From Mycolicibacterium smegmatis (lineage in GTDB: Bacteria; Actinomycetota; Actinomycetes; Mycobacteriales; Mycobacteriaceae), in assembly GCF_001457595.1 (NCBI RefSeq), contig NZ_LN831039.1, positions 2,730,001-2,762,000 of the forward strand: a stretch of 32,000 bases of DNA, in the 5' to 3' direction. The position numbers were made by a program, and so were the translations under genes. Below, in pieces: positions 19,317-27,682 of the stretch. Position 1 is the first letter of the stretch. Each line of letters starts with the position of its first letter. The notes under the pieces are model-generated. The model had not been told where the DNA came from. It was given only the letters and a program-made list of their open reading frames with translations, and ran no database searches.

Positions 19317-20090
19317 ATGGACCTGACCCAACGCCTCGCCGGCAAGGTCGCCGTGATCACCGGCGGCGCAAGCGGTATCGGCCTGGCCACCGGCCGGCGG
19401 CTGCGCGCCGAGGGCGCCACCGTCGTGGTGGGTGACATCGACCCCACGACCGGCAAGGCCGCCGCCGACGAACTCGAAGGCCTGTTCGTGCCCGTGGACG
19501 TCTCCGAGCAGGAGGCCGTCGACAACCTGTTCGACACCGCCGCTTCGACTTTCGGGCGGGTCGACATCGCGTTCAACAACGCGGGCATCTCGCCACCCGA
19601 GGACGACCTGATCGAGAACACCGACCTGCCCGCCTGGCAGCGGGTCCAGGACATCAACCTCAAGTCGGTGTACCTGTCGTGTCGCGCCGCCCTGCGGCAC
19701 ATGGTGCCCGCGGGCAAGGGGTCGATCATCAACACCGCGTCGTTCGTGGCCGTGATGGGTTCGGCGACATCGCAGATCTCCTACACCGCATCCAAGGGCG
19801 GTGTGCTCGCGATGTCGCGTGAGCTCGGCGTGCAGTACGCGCGCCAGGGCATCCGGGTCAACGCGTTGTGCCCGGGACCGGTCAACACCCCACTGCTGCA
19901 GGAGTTGTTCGCCAAGGATCCCGAGCGCGCCGCGCGCAGGCTCGTGCACATCCCGCTGGGCCGGTTCGCCGAACCCGAGGAACTCGCCGCCGCGGTCGCG
20001 TTCCTGGCCAGTGACGACGCGTCGTTCATCACCGGGTCGACGTTCCTGGTCGACGGCGGGATCAGCTCCGCGTACGTCACGCCGCTGTAG
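19317..20090 (+). CDS. Short-chain dehydrogenase/reductase (Rv2857c-like)
   Basis: AVITGGASGIGLATGRRL, FNNAGISP, SYTASKGGVLAMSRELG SDR motifs; ends FLVDGGISSAYVTPL. Confidence 0.95.
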   Translation: MDLTQRLAGKVAVITGGASGIGLATGRRLRAEGATVVVGDIDPTTGKAAADELEGLFVPVDVSEQEAVDNLFDTAASTFGRVDIAFNNAGISPPEDDLIENTDLPAWQRVQDINLKSVYLSCRAALRHMVPAGKGSIINTASFVAVMGSATSQISYTASKGGVLAMSRELGVQYARQGIRVNALCPGPVNTPLLQELFAKDPERAARRLVHIPLGRFAEPEELAAAVAFLASDDASFITGSTFLVDGGISSAYVTPL

Positions 20091-20115
20091 TGGTTGTGGT
20101 ACGCCGTAGGTCACC

Positions 20116-20850
20116 ATGAGCGCCGAACCGGATCCCCAGCCCACCGCCGAGGCGGCCGACGCGCTGCTGCGGCCGGTGCGGTTGGGGAACGCGTTCGAGG
20201 ACACCGTGGGACGGTTGTTGGAGACCATCAGGCTGGGTGTGCTGGGTCCCGGCGAATCCCTGCCGCCCGAGCGGGAACTCGCCACGCGCCTCGGGGTCAG
20301 CCGTGACACCGTGCGTGAGGCGATCAAGTCGCTGGCCGACGCCGGCTACCTGGTGTCGCGGCGCGGGCGCTACGGCGGCACATTCCTGGCCGACGAGCTT
20401 CCCAGTCACACCGCGGACACCCCACGACCCTCCCACGAGGAGATCGACGATGCGCTGCGGTTGCGCGAGATCCTCGAGGTCGGGGCCGCGCGCATGGCCG
20501 CGGGCCGCACGCTCAGCGCGGCCGAACGCGACGGCCTGTGGTCGCGGCTGGCAGACGTGCGTGCCGCCGAGGGGACCGACGACTACCGTCGGCTGGACTC
20601 CCGGCTGCACCTGGCGATCGCGGAGGCGGCCGGATCGCCGTCACTGGTGCCGTTGATCGCCGAGAACCGTATGCGGATCAACGGACTGCTCGACCGGATC
20701 CCGTTGCTGCCGCGCAACATTGCGCACTCCGACGATCAGCACGAGGCCATCGTGATGGCGATCCTGGCCGGCGACGCAGACCGCGCGGCCACGGCGATGC
20801 TCGACCACGTGTCGGGTTCGGCGGCACTGTTGCACGGCTTCTTGGACTGA
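20116..20850 (+). CDS. GntR-family regulator, FadR/FCD subfamily
   Basis: LGPGESLPPERELATRLGVSRDTVREAIKSLADAGYLVSRRGRYGG wHTH and helical FCD C-terminus with DDQHEAIVMAILAGD. Confidence 0.93.
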   Translation: MSAEPDPQPTAEAADALLRPVRLGNAFEDTVGRLLETIRLGVLGPGESLPPERELATRLGVSRDTVREAIKSLADAGYLVSRRGRYGGTFLADELPSHTADTPRPSHEEIDDALRLREILEVGAARMAAGRTLSAAERDGLWSRLADVRAAEGTDDYRRLDSRLHLAIAEAAGSPSLVPLIAENRMRINGLLDRIPLLPRNIAHSDDQHEAIVMAILAGDADRAATAMLDHVSGSAALLHGFLD

Positions 20851-20855
20851 GCGGT

Positions 20856-21596
20856 TCACAGCACCCGTCCGATACCTCGCGCGGCACCCTGCAGTGCCTG
20901 GATGAGGCGCTGTCGGTCGCGTTTGAGCGATGGCACGACAACGCCGATCGCGGCGACCACCGTGTCGTCGGAGGCGCGTGTCACCGGCACCGCCAGTGAG
21001 CATGCGCCGAGCGACATCTCCTCACTCGTCGTCGCGATGCCGTCGTCGCGGACGCGGCGCAACTGCTGGCGCAACATCGCGGGCTGCGTGATGGTCTTCG
21101 GGGTGACGGGCCGCAGTCCCGACAGCACCCGCTCGGCGACGTCCTCGGGTGCGTGCGCCAGCAGGACCTTGCCGACGCCGGTGCAGTACAGCGGAAGTCG
21201 GCTGCCGACGGTGCTGACGATCGGCACGGATGCGCGCCCGCGGATACGCAGCAGGTAGAGCACCTCGTCGCCGTCACGGACACCGAGGTGGACCGTGGCC
21301 ATCGTCGCCGCGTACACGTCGTGCAGGTACGGCTCGGCGACATGCCGCAGCGGACCCTCGACGGGTGCGAGCAGGCAGGCCTGCCAGATGAGGCGGCCGA
21401 TCACGTACCTGCCGTCGTCGCGGCGCTGCAACGCGCCGCCCTCGACGAGGGTGCCCGTCAACCGGTGTGCCGTGGAAAGGGGAATCCCGGCGCGGCGGGC
21501 GATCTCGGTCAGCGACAGGCTGCGGTGGCGCTCGTCGAACGCGCCCACCACTGCCAGCAGTCGTGACGCGACCGTCGGCGACGAATCATCGGCCAT
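20856..21596 (-). CDS. IclR-family transcriptional regulator, probable pca-cluster regulator
   Basis: RLLAVVGAFDERHRSLSLTEIARRAGIPLSTAHRLTGTLVEGGALQR; LPLYCTGVGKVLLA; ATG at 21596 (MADDSSPTVASRLL) preferred over the ORF start at 21641. Confidence 0.93.
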   Translation of the reverse strand: MADDSSPTVASRLLAVVGAFDERHRSLSLTEIARRAGIPLSTAHRLTGTLVEGGALQRRDDGRYVIGRLIWQACLLAPVEGPLRHVAEPYLHDVYAATMATVHLGVRDGDEVLYLLRIRGRASVPIVSTVGSRLPLYCTGVGKVLLAHAPEDVAERVLSGLRPVTPKTITQPAMLRQQLRRVRDDGIATTSEEMSLGACSLAVPVTRASDDTVVAAIGVVVPSLKRDRQRLIQALQGAARGIGRVL

Positions 21597-21667
21597 TCGC
21601 AGGGTCCTTCCGCCCAGTGGAAGTCTAACGTTCAGTCCCATTCGATTCGTCAGTAGCTTGCTCGAGC

Positions 21668-22414
21668 ATGGCCCTTGTGAGTCAATCCGACATCAGCGCG
21701 GAGATCAACGAGATCACCGAGTCCTACCACCGCGGCGGCCTCGACGAGGCACAGCCCCGCCTGGACTATCCGCCGTACCGGAGCAGTGTGCTGCGGCATC
21801 CGAAAGTACAACTGCACCAAACGGATCCGGAATCCATCGAATTGTGGGCACCGTGCTTCGGCGAGCGTGACGTCGCCGAACACGAATCCGATCTGACCAT
21901 CCAGCACACCGCGGAACCCATCGGCGAACGGATCGTGGTGACCGGCCGCGTCGTGGACGGGGACGGCAGGCCCGTGCGACACCAGTTGGTCGAGATCTGG
22001 CAGGCGAATGCCGCGGGCCGCTACCGTCACCTGCGCGATCAGCATCCGGCGCCGCTGGACCCCAACTTCACCGGGGTGGGCCGCTGCCTCACCGACGCCG
22101 ACGGCACCTACCGGTTCACCACCATCAAGCCCGGGCCGTACCCGTGGCGCAACCACCACAACGCGTGGCGGCCCGCGCACATCCATTTCTCGTTGTTCGG
22201 AACCGAGTTCACGCAGCGCATGATCACCCAGATGTACTTCCCCGGTGACCCCCTGTTCGCGTTCGACCCGATCTACCAGTCGATCACCGACGCCAAGGCC
22301 CGCGAACGCCTGGTGGCCACCTACGACCACGACGTGACCACCCATGAATGGGCCACCGGTTACCGCTGGGACATCGTGCTGACCGGATCCCTGCGCACCC
22401 CGACGGAGGCCTGA
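21668..22414 (+). CDS. pcaH: Protocatechuate 3,4-dioxygenase beta subunit
   Basis: YRSSVLRHPKVQLHQTDPESIE, GRPVRHQLVEIWQANAAGRYRH, PYPWRNHHNAWRPAHIHFSLFG, TQMYFPGDP. Confidence 0.96.
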   Translation: MALVSQSDISAEINEITESYHRGGLDEAQPRLDYPPYRSSVLRHPKVQLHQTDPESIELWAPCFGERDVAEHESDLTIQHTAEPIGERIVVTGRVVDGDGRPVRHQLVEIWQANAAGRYRHLRDQHPAPLDPNFTGVGRCLTDADGTYRFTTIKPGPYPWRNHHNAWRPAHIHFSLFGTEFTQRMITQMYFPGDPLFAFDPIYQSITDAKARERLVATYDHDVTTHEWATGYRWDIVLTGSLRTPTEA

Positions 22415-22971
22415 TGAGCACCCTTTTCGCGACACCCGGCCAGACGGTCGGTCCCTTCTACGGGTACGCCCTGCCCATACCCGGCGGCAACGAACTGGTC
22501 CCGCCGGGTTCGCCCGGAGCCATCCGGTTGCACGGCCTGGTCACCGACGGGGCGGGTGCGCCCGTGCCGGACGCCCTGCTGGAGATCTGGCAGGCCGACG
22601 CCGACGGTCGGGTGCCCACGAAGACCGGATCGCTGCGACGGGACGGCTGGACGTTCACCGGATGGGGCCGCGCGGCCACCGACGGCGCAGGCCGCTACAG
22701 TTTCACGACCGTCGAACCCGGTGTCTCGCAACCCGGTTCGGCAGCGTTCATCGCGATGACCGTGTTCGCCCGCGGTCTGCTCAACCGGCTGTTCACGCGC
22801 GTCTATCTGCCCGGCGAGCATCTGGCGACCGACCCGCTGCTGTCATCGCTGCCGAGCGAGCGGCGCGAGACGTTGATCGCCGTGCCCGACGAGCACGGAC
22901 TGACCTTCGACATCCGGTTGCAGGGCGACCATGAAACCGTCTTCCTGCGCTTTCCCGGGCACACGCCGTGA
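22414..22971 (+). CDS. pcaG: Protocatechuate 3,4-dioxygenase alpha subunit
   Basis: TPGQTVGPFYGYALP, PDALLEIWQADADGRVP, GLLNRLFTRVYLPGE; TGATG overlap with pcaH. Confidence 0.95.
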   Translation: MSTLFATPGQTVGPFYGYALPIPGGNELVPPGSPGAIRLHGLVTDGAGAPVPDALLEIWQADADGRVPTKTGSLRRDGWTFTGWGRAATDGAGRYSFTTVEPGVSQPGSAAFIAMTVFARGLLNRLFTRVYLPGEHLATDPLLSSLPSERRETLIAVPDEHGLTFDIRLQGDHETVFLRFPGHTP

Positions 22972-24170
22972 CAGATCTGCTGTGGCCGGGGGACCACCGC
23001 GCCGGTGACCTCATGAGCGACCGGGCGTTCTTCGACGCCATGGTCGCCGTCGAGAACGCCTGGCTGAACCTGCTGGTCGACATCGGCCCGGCGCCGCAGA
23101 AGGCACGTGTCGATCTTTGCGCACTGACCTCGGCGGGAGACGTGGAGACGGTCGCGGCGGGAGCCGAGAGCGACGGCAACCCCGTCGTCGGGCTGGTCGC
23201 ACTGCTGCGTGAGCGCGCGGGCGGCGAGGCGGCCCGGTGGCTGCACCGCGGGCTGACAAGCCAGGATGTCGTCGACACCGCTCTCATGATGTGCCTGCGT
23301 GACGCACTGAGCGCGGTGCACGACGAGATGGCCACGCACGTACGCATCCTCCTGGGCCTCGTGGAATCCCACCGCAGCAGCCCCATGACGGCCCGCACCC
23401 TGACACAACCCGCGCTGCCGAGTACCGCAGCAGCGAAGTTCGCCAATTGGCTGTCCGGGGTGCTCGACGCCGCCGATGCGCTGGCGGCCGTTCCCTGGCT
23501 GCCCGTACAGCTCGGCGGTGCAGTCGGAACACACGCGGCCACAACCGAACTCGTCGGATCACCCGATGAGACGCTCACGCTCGCCGACGCCCTGGCCGGC
23601 GCGGTGGGCCTGACGCCCGCAGCGCCGTGGCACACCACCAGGGCCGTGGTGACACGCGCCGGTGACGCACTGGTGGGATGTTGCGACGCGTGCGGTCACA
23701 TCGCGGCCGATGTCGCGGTGGGCAGCAGGGCCGAGATCGGTGAGCTGGTGGAGGGCAGTGGCGGCGCTTCGTCGACCATGCCGCACAAACGGAATCCGGT
23801 ACTGTCGGTGCTCATCCGCCGTGCCGCGCTGGCCGCCCCCGCGCTCGGAGCGACCCTGCACGCCGCATCGGCGGCGAGTGTGGACGAACGATCCGACGGC
23901 GGCTGGCACGCGGAATGGGCGGCGCTGCGCACGCTGACCCGGCGCACCGTCGTCGCGATGCGTCAGACGAGTGACCTGTTGACCGGTCTGCACGTCGACG
24001 TCCAGCGGGCACGCGACAACCTGGGCGCCGCAGGTGATCTGCTCGCAGAACAACGCGTGATGAGCGAACTCGTCGGGCGCACGACGCGCGCCGACTATCT
24101 GGGCGCGTCCGGTCATCTCATCGACGCCGTCGCGCACCGGGCCCGCCGACACCTCAAGGAGACGATGTGA
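22968..24170 (+). CDS. pcaB: 3-carboxy-cis,cis-muconate cycloisomerase
   Basis: Fumarase/aspartase superfamily signature GGASSTMPHKRNPVLS; LTSQDVVDTALM; GTGA overlap with pcaG. Confidence 0.94.
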   Translation: MTDLLWPGDHRAGDLMSDRAFFDAMVAVENAWLNLLVDIGPAPQKARVDLCALTSAGDVETVAAGAESDGNPVVGLVALLRERAGGEAARWLHRGLTSQDVVDTALMMCLRDALSAVHDEMATHVRILLGLVESHRSSPMTARTLTQPALPSTAAAKFANWLSGVLDAADALAAVPWLPVQLGGAVGTHAATTELVGSPDETLTLADALAGAVGLTPAAPWHTTRAVVTRAGDALVGCCDACGHIAADVAVGSRAEIGELVEGSGGASSTMPHKRNPVLSVLIRRAALAAPALGATLHAASAASVDERSDGGWHAEWAALRTLTRRTVVAMRQTSDLLTGLHVDVQRARDNLGAAGDLLAEQRVMSELVGRTTRADYLGASGHLIDAVAHRARRHLKETM

Positions 24171-24571
24171 CCACCATGCGAGACGAGACACACGCGGCGG
24201 GGAGTCAGGTGCGCCGCGCGGTGCTCGGCGACGACCACGTCGACCGTGCAGTCGCGGCAACCACCGGATTCACCGCGGATTTCCAGGATCTCATCACCCG
24301 ATACGCCTGGGGCGAGATCTGGACCCGGCCGGGACTGGACCGACGCAGCCGCTCCATGATCACGCTGACGGCCATGATCGCCCGCGGCCACCACGACGAA
24401 CTGGCGATGCATGTGCGGGCGGCGCGCCGAAACGGCCTGAGCGTCGACGAGATCAAAGAGGTGCTGCTGCAGTCCGCGATCTATTGCGGTGTGCCCGAAG
24501 CCAACACCGCGTTCCGTATCGCAGGTGCGGTTCTGGCCGAGGAGGCGCAGGAGCCGGGAGACGAGCGCTGA
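24167..24571 (+). CDS. pcaC: 4-carboxymuconolactone decarboxylase
   Basis: FQDLITRYAWGEIWTRPGLDRRSRSMITLTAMIARGHHDELAMHVRAARRNGLSVDEIKEVLLQSAIYCGVPEANTAF. Confidence 0.95.
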   Translation: MTTMRDETHAAGSQVRRAVLGDDHVDRAVAATTGFTADFQDLITRYAWGEIWTRPGLDRRSRSMITLTAMIARGHHDELAMHVRAARRNGLSVDEIKEVLLQSAIYCGVPEANTAFRIAGAVLAEEAQEPGDER

Positions 24572-24618
24572 TTCACCCGGCGAGCGCGGTGATCTCGGAG
24601 TTCACATGCGCCGTCGCC

Positions 24619-24648
24619 AGGCGCCGATCAACCAGGCGCCGATCAACC
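24619..24648. repeat. Perfect 2x15-bp tandem repeat AGGCGCCGATCAACC
   Basis: 24619-24633 and 24634-24648 identical; overlaps the stop codon of the minus-strand GntR gene. Confidence 0.9.
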
Positions 24649-25383
24649 TTTGACGTGACGCGCGGTGCGGCCCAGGTGGGTACGCATGACCGCGGTGGCC
24701 TTCTCGACATCGCCCTTCTTGACCGCCATGACGAACTGGCGGTGTTCGCGGCTGCTGCGGACACCTATCTCGGGATGGCCCTCCTGAACGTGGCGCAGCG
24801 ACACCAGCGTCGGACCGTAGAAGGCCTCTGCCAGCATCGCGAGCGCGGCGTTGTGGCTCGCCTCGGCCACCCGTGTGTGGAACTGCGCCGACAGTTCCAT
24901 CGAAGAGGAGCCCTGTCCTGCGGCCGCGTCGCCGCGGTCGCAGATCTGCAGCAGTTCTTCGATGTCCGCCTCGGTGGCGCGCTCGCACACCAGCGGGATG
25001 ATGCCGAGTTCGAACACCTGCCGGGCCTCGGTGATCTCGATGTCGGTCAGGCCCGACATGCTGAGCAGATCGACGATGCCCTCGCTGACACGTGAGCTGG
25101 TGGGCGCGGTGACGAAGGCTCCGCCGTGGGCGCCGACCTTGATGGTCACCATGGCGTTGGCCTCGAGGCCGCGCAGCGCTTCGCGGACGGTGACTCGGCT
25201 GACGCCGAACCGGTCGCCGAGTTCACGTTCGGAGGGAAGGCGGTCACCGGGCTTCAGGTGGCCATCTCGGATCAACGACCGGATCTGGTCGAGAATCATT
25301 TCCGAGGCCCGGCCCGGGGTGACCTTGGTGAAGATGTCGTCGGTAGCTCGGCGGTTCGACGTCGTGGAACCGTCAGTGGACAT
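24643..25383 (-). CDS. GntR-family regulator, FadR/FCD subfamily
   Basis: LIRDGHLKPGDRLPSERELGDRFGVSRVTVREALRGLEANAMVTIKVGAHGGAFV; ATG at 25383 (MSTDGSTT) preferred. Confidence 0.93.
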   Translation of the reverse strand: MSTDGSTTSNRRATDDIFTKVTPGRASEMILDQIRSLIRDGHLKPGDRLPSERELGDRFGVSRVTVREALRGLEANAMVTIKVGAHGGAFVTAPTSSRVSEGIVDLLSMSGLTDIEITEARQVFELGIIPLVCERATEADIEELLQICDRGDAAAGQGSSSMELSAQFHTRVAEASHNAALAMLAEAFYGPTLVSLRHVQEGHPEIGVRSSREHRQFVMAVKKGDVEKATAVMRTHLGRTARHVKG

Positions 25384-25469
25384 GGACCAATCGTAAAGCC
25401 ACCAGACCAAAGCGTGGACGCGCCGCCGGCGAGTACCCGTTACGGGCGGTTTGGTTTACATTTCCAGAT

Positions 25470-25799
25470 GTGGACGCCGTCGAAGGGCACGTACAGGTGG
25501 AGCGGGCGACCTCGGCACTCGTCGATGTCGACTCCGCCACGTGGGCGCGGCGCTTCGACCTGCTCTCCGACCCGAACCGCCTCGAGATCCTGCTTGTGCT
25601 GCACCGGGCTCCGGGCATCTTCGTGGGCGATTTGGCCGAGGTCTTGGGCCGGTCGGAAAATGCGGTGTCGCAAGCACTTCGGGTGCTCCGGCAGCAGGGG
25701 TGGGTCAGTTCCACCCGGGTGGGACGCGCCGTGAGCTACCGCCTCGAGGACGACGTCGTGCACGAACTGCTGCACTGGATCGGCGCGCGGCACGGCTGA
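25470..25799 (+). CDS. ArsR/SmtB-family regulator, likely Co/Ni-responsive
   Basis: ARRFDLLSDPNRLEILLVLHRAPGIFVGDLAEVLGRSENAVSQALRVLRQQGWVSSTRVGRAVSYRLEDDVVHELLHWIGARHG; C-terminal helix with Asp/His ligand-like residues; precedes cbiM. Confidence 0.85.
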   Translation: MDAVEGHVQVERATSALVDVDSATWARRFDLLSDPNRLEILLVLHRAPGIFVGDLAEVLGRSENAVSQALRVLRQQGWVSSTRVGRAVSYRLEDDVVHELLHWIGARHG

Positions 25800-25806
25800 T
25801 TTCATC

Positions 25807-25833
25807 TGAATATCTGTTCATCTGGACAGATGA
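25807..25833. promoter_or_regulatory. ArsR/SmtB-type operator TGAA-N6-TTCA overlapping TCATCTG-GA-CAGATGA dyad
   Basis: TGAATATCTGTTCA at 25807-25820; perfect 7-2-7 inverted repeat at 25818-25833; both between arsR stop and cbiM start. Confidence 0.6.
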
Positions 25834-25879
25834 CCGTGGCGGCCTTAATCTCATTGGTATGGCCATTGAGATCGTCGCC

Positions 25880-26566
25880 ATGCACATGAGCGATGGCATC
25901 GTGAACGTCCAGACGTCGTTGGTGTTCGGTGCCCTGGCGGTCGCCGCGCTCGGTGTGTGCGCCCTGCGCGCCCGAGACGAACTCGACGAGCGGACGGTGC
26001 CGCTGGCCGGTCTCGTGGCGGCGTTCATCTTCGCCGTGCAGATGGTGAACTTCCCGATCCTGCCCGGGGTCAGCGGTCACCTGCTCGGCGGTGCGCTCGC
26101 GGCGATCCTCGTCGGGCCGTACACCGGGGCGCTGTGCATCGCGATCGTGCTGGTGGTGCAGTCGCTGCTGTTCGCCGACGGCGGCGTGAGCGCGCTGGGG
26201 ACGAACATCACCAACATGGCGCTGATCGGCGTCGCGGTCGGCTACGCGACCGCGGTGGTGCTGTCCACCGTGCTCCGCGGACGGGGCGCGGCGGGATCTC
26301 CGCCGGACCGCCACATCGGTGTGGTGGCCTTCGTGGCGGCCCTCGTGGGAACCGTGTGCGCGGCCATGGGTTTCGTCGTCGAATACGTCATCGGGGGCGT
26401 CGCGACGACGTCGATACAAGCGGTGGCGGGCTACATGTTCGGCACGCACGTGCTGATCGGGATCGGTGAAGGCATCATCACGGCACTCACGGTCACCGCG
26501 GTCGCGCGGGTGCGGCCGGATCTCGTGTACCTGCTACGGCGTCAGCGTCAGGAGGTCGCCGCGTGA
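25880..26566 (+). CDS. cbiM: Energy-coupling factor Co/Ni transporter S-component CbiM
   Basis: ATG giving the N-terminus MHMSDGIV (Met-His metal-ligand N-terminus), FPILPGVSGHLLGGALAAILVGPYTG, LVVQSLLFADGGVSALGTNITNMALIG. Confidence 0.93.
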   Translation: MHMSDGIVNVQTSLVFGALAVAALGVCALRARDELDERTVPLAGLVAAFIFAVQMVNFPILPGVSGHLLGGALAAILVGPYTGALCIAIVLVVQSLLFADGGVSALGTNITNMALIGVAVGYATAVVLSTVLRGRGAAGSPPDRHIGVVAFVAALVGTVCAAMGFVVEYVIGGVATTSIQAVAGYMFGTHVLIGIGEGIITALTVTAVARVRPDLVYLLRRQRQEVAA

Positions 26567-26901
26567 AGCGGATGTTCTGGGCCGGTTTCGCCGTCGTCAT
26601 CCTGATCATCGCCGGTGGCGTGTCCTATCTCGCGAGCGGCAGTCCCGACGGGCTGGATTCGGCCACGTTGAAGGGCTGCCAGGTCGTCGAGACCGACCAC
26701 GGCGAGGAACTGACCGGTGACTGCATCGCACAGCACGCGACCGAACACCCCATGGCCGCGTCGCCGCTGGCGGACTATTCGATCGGCGGTCGCACCGGCA
26801 CCGGTGGCGTGGCCGGGATCATCGGGGCACTGGTGACGGTCCTGATCGCAGGCGGGGCCTTTCGGATGATCGCGCGCCGCAAGCACACATCGGGCCGCTG
26901 A
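26563..26901 (+). CDS. PDGLE-domain CbiN-like small membrane subunit
   Basis: GSPDGLDSATLKG...LADYSIGG... with N- and C-terminal TM helices; GTGA overlap with cbiM. Confidence 0.88.
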   Translation: MKRMFWAGFAVVILIIAGGVSYLASGSPDGLDSATLKGCQVVETDHGEELTGDCIAQHATEHPMAASPLADYSIGGRTGTGGVAGIIGALVTVLIAGGAFRMIARRKHTSGR

Positions 26902-26902
26902 C

Positions 26903-27682
26903 ATGGCGGGCGGGCACGCGCATCCGCTTTACCGCCAGGGTGATTCGGCGCTGCACCGCCTCGCGCCGGAGGTGAAGATCGTGTGCCTCGTGGTGTTCGT
27001 CGTCGCGGTGGTGGCGACACCACGCGAGACCTTCTGGCCGTTCGGCGTGTACGCGCTGATCATCGTGTCGATGTGGGCGGTGGCGAAGATCCCGCCGGCG
27101 TGGGTGCTCCCGCGCATGCTCATCGAGGCGCCGTTCTTGATCCTGGCGGTTCTGCTGCCGTTCGCCGAAGGCGGCGAACGCGTCGAGTTCGCCGGCCTTC
27201 AGTTGTCGGTCACGGGCCTGTACGCCGCATGGGGGATCGTCGTCAAGGGCACCCTCGGGGTCGCGGCGTCGCTCACCGTGGCCGCCACCACGACCGCGCG
27301 CGAGTTACCCCTCGCACTGAGCCGGCTGGGCGTGCCCGGCACGGTCATCTCGATGCTCACCTTGATGATCCGCTACATCGACGTCCTGAGCACCGAGGCC
27401 AACCGTATGCGCATGGCCCGGATCTCACGCGGGGACTCACCCCGGGGCCTCCATCAGGCCGGCGCGATCGCGAAGAGTGTCGGTGCGCTGTTCCTGCGGT
27501 CCTACGAGCGCGGTGAGCGCGTCTATCTGGCCATGCTGTCGCGCGGCTACGAGGGCCGGATCCCCGAGCTCGCCGTGGGCGCCGGGTCCGCGGCCGCCGC
27601 CACGCCGCGGCAGTGGCTGGTTGCGGCGGTGCCGGTGAGCGCCGCGGTGCTCGTTGCCGCGACCGCGTGGGGGCTGCGATGA
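26903..27682 (+). CDS. cbiQ: ECF transporter transmembrane T-component CbiQ
   Basis: LHRLAPEVKIVCLVVFVVAVV; cytoplasmic coupling motifs ARISRG and LSRGYEG. Confidence 0.93.
   Translation: MAGGHAHPLYRQGDSALHRLAPEVKIVCLVVFVVAVVATPRETFWPFGVYALIIVSMWAVAKIPPAWVLPRMLIEAPFLILAVLLPFAEGGERVEFAGLQLSVTGLYAAWGIVVKGTLGVAASLTVAATTTARELPLALSRLGVPGTVISMLTLMIRYIDVLSTEANRMRMARISRGDSPRGLHQAGAIAKSVGALFLRSYERGERVYLAMLSRGYEGRIPELAVGAGSAAAATPRQWLVAAVPVSAAVLVAATAWGLR

Noticed and set aside
19170-20327. 385-aa minus-strand ORF opposite the SDR gene
   Set aside because: Shadow ORF with no motif; the plus-strand SDR has complete signature motifs.
25800-25879. Possible cobalamin riboswitch controlling cbiM
   Set aside because: Only 80 nt separate the arsR stop and the cbiM start, too little for a cobalamin riboswitch aptamer, and the space is occupied by ArsR-type dyads.
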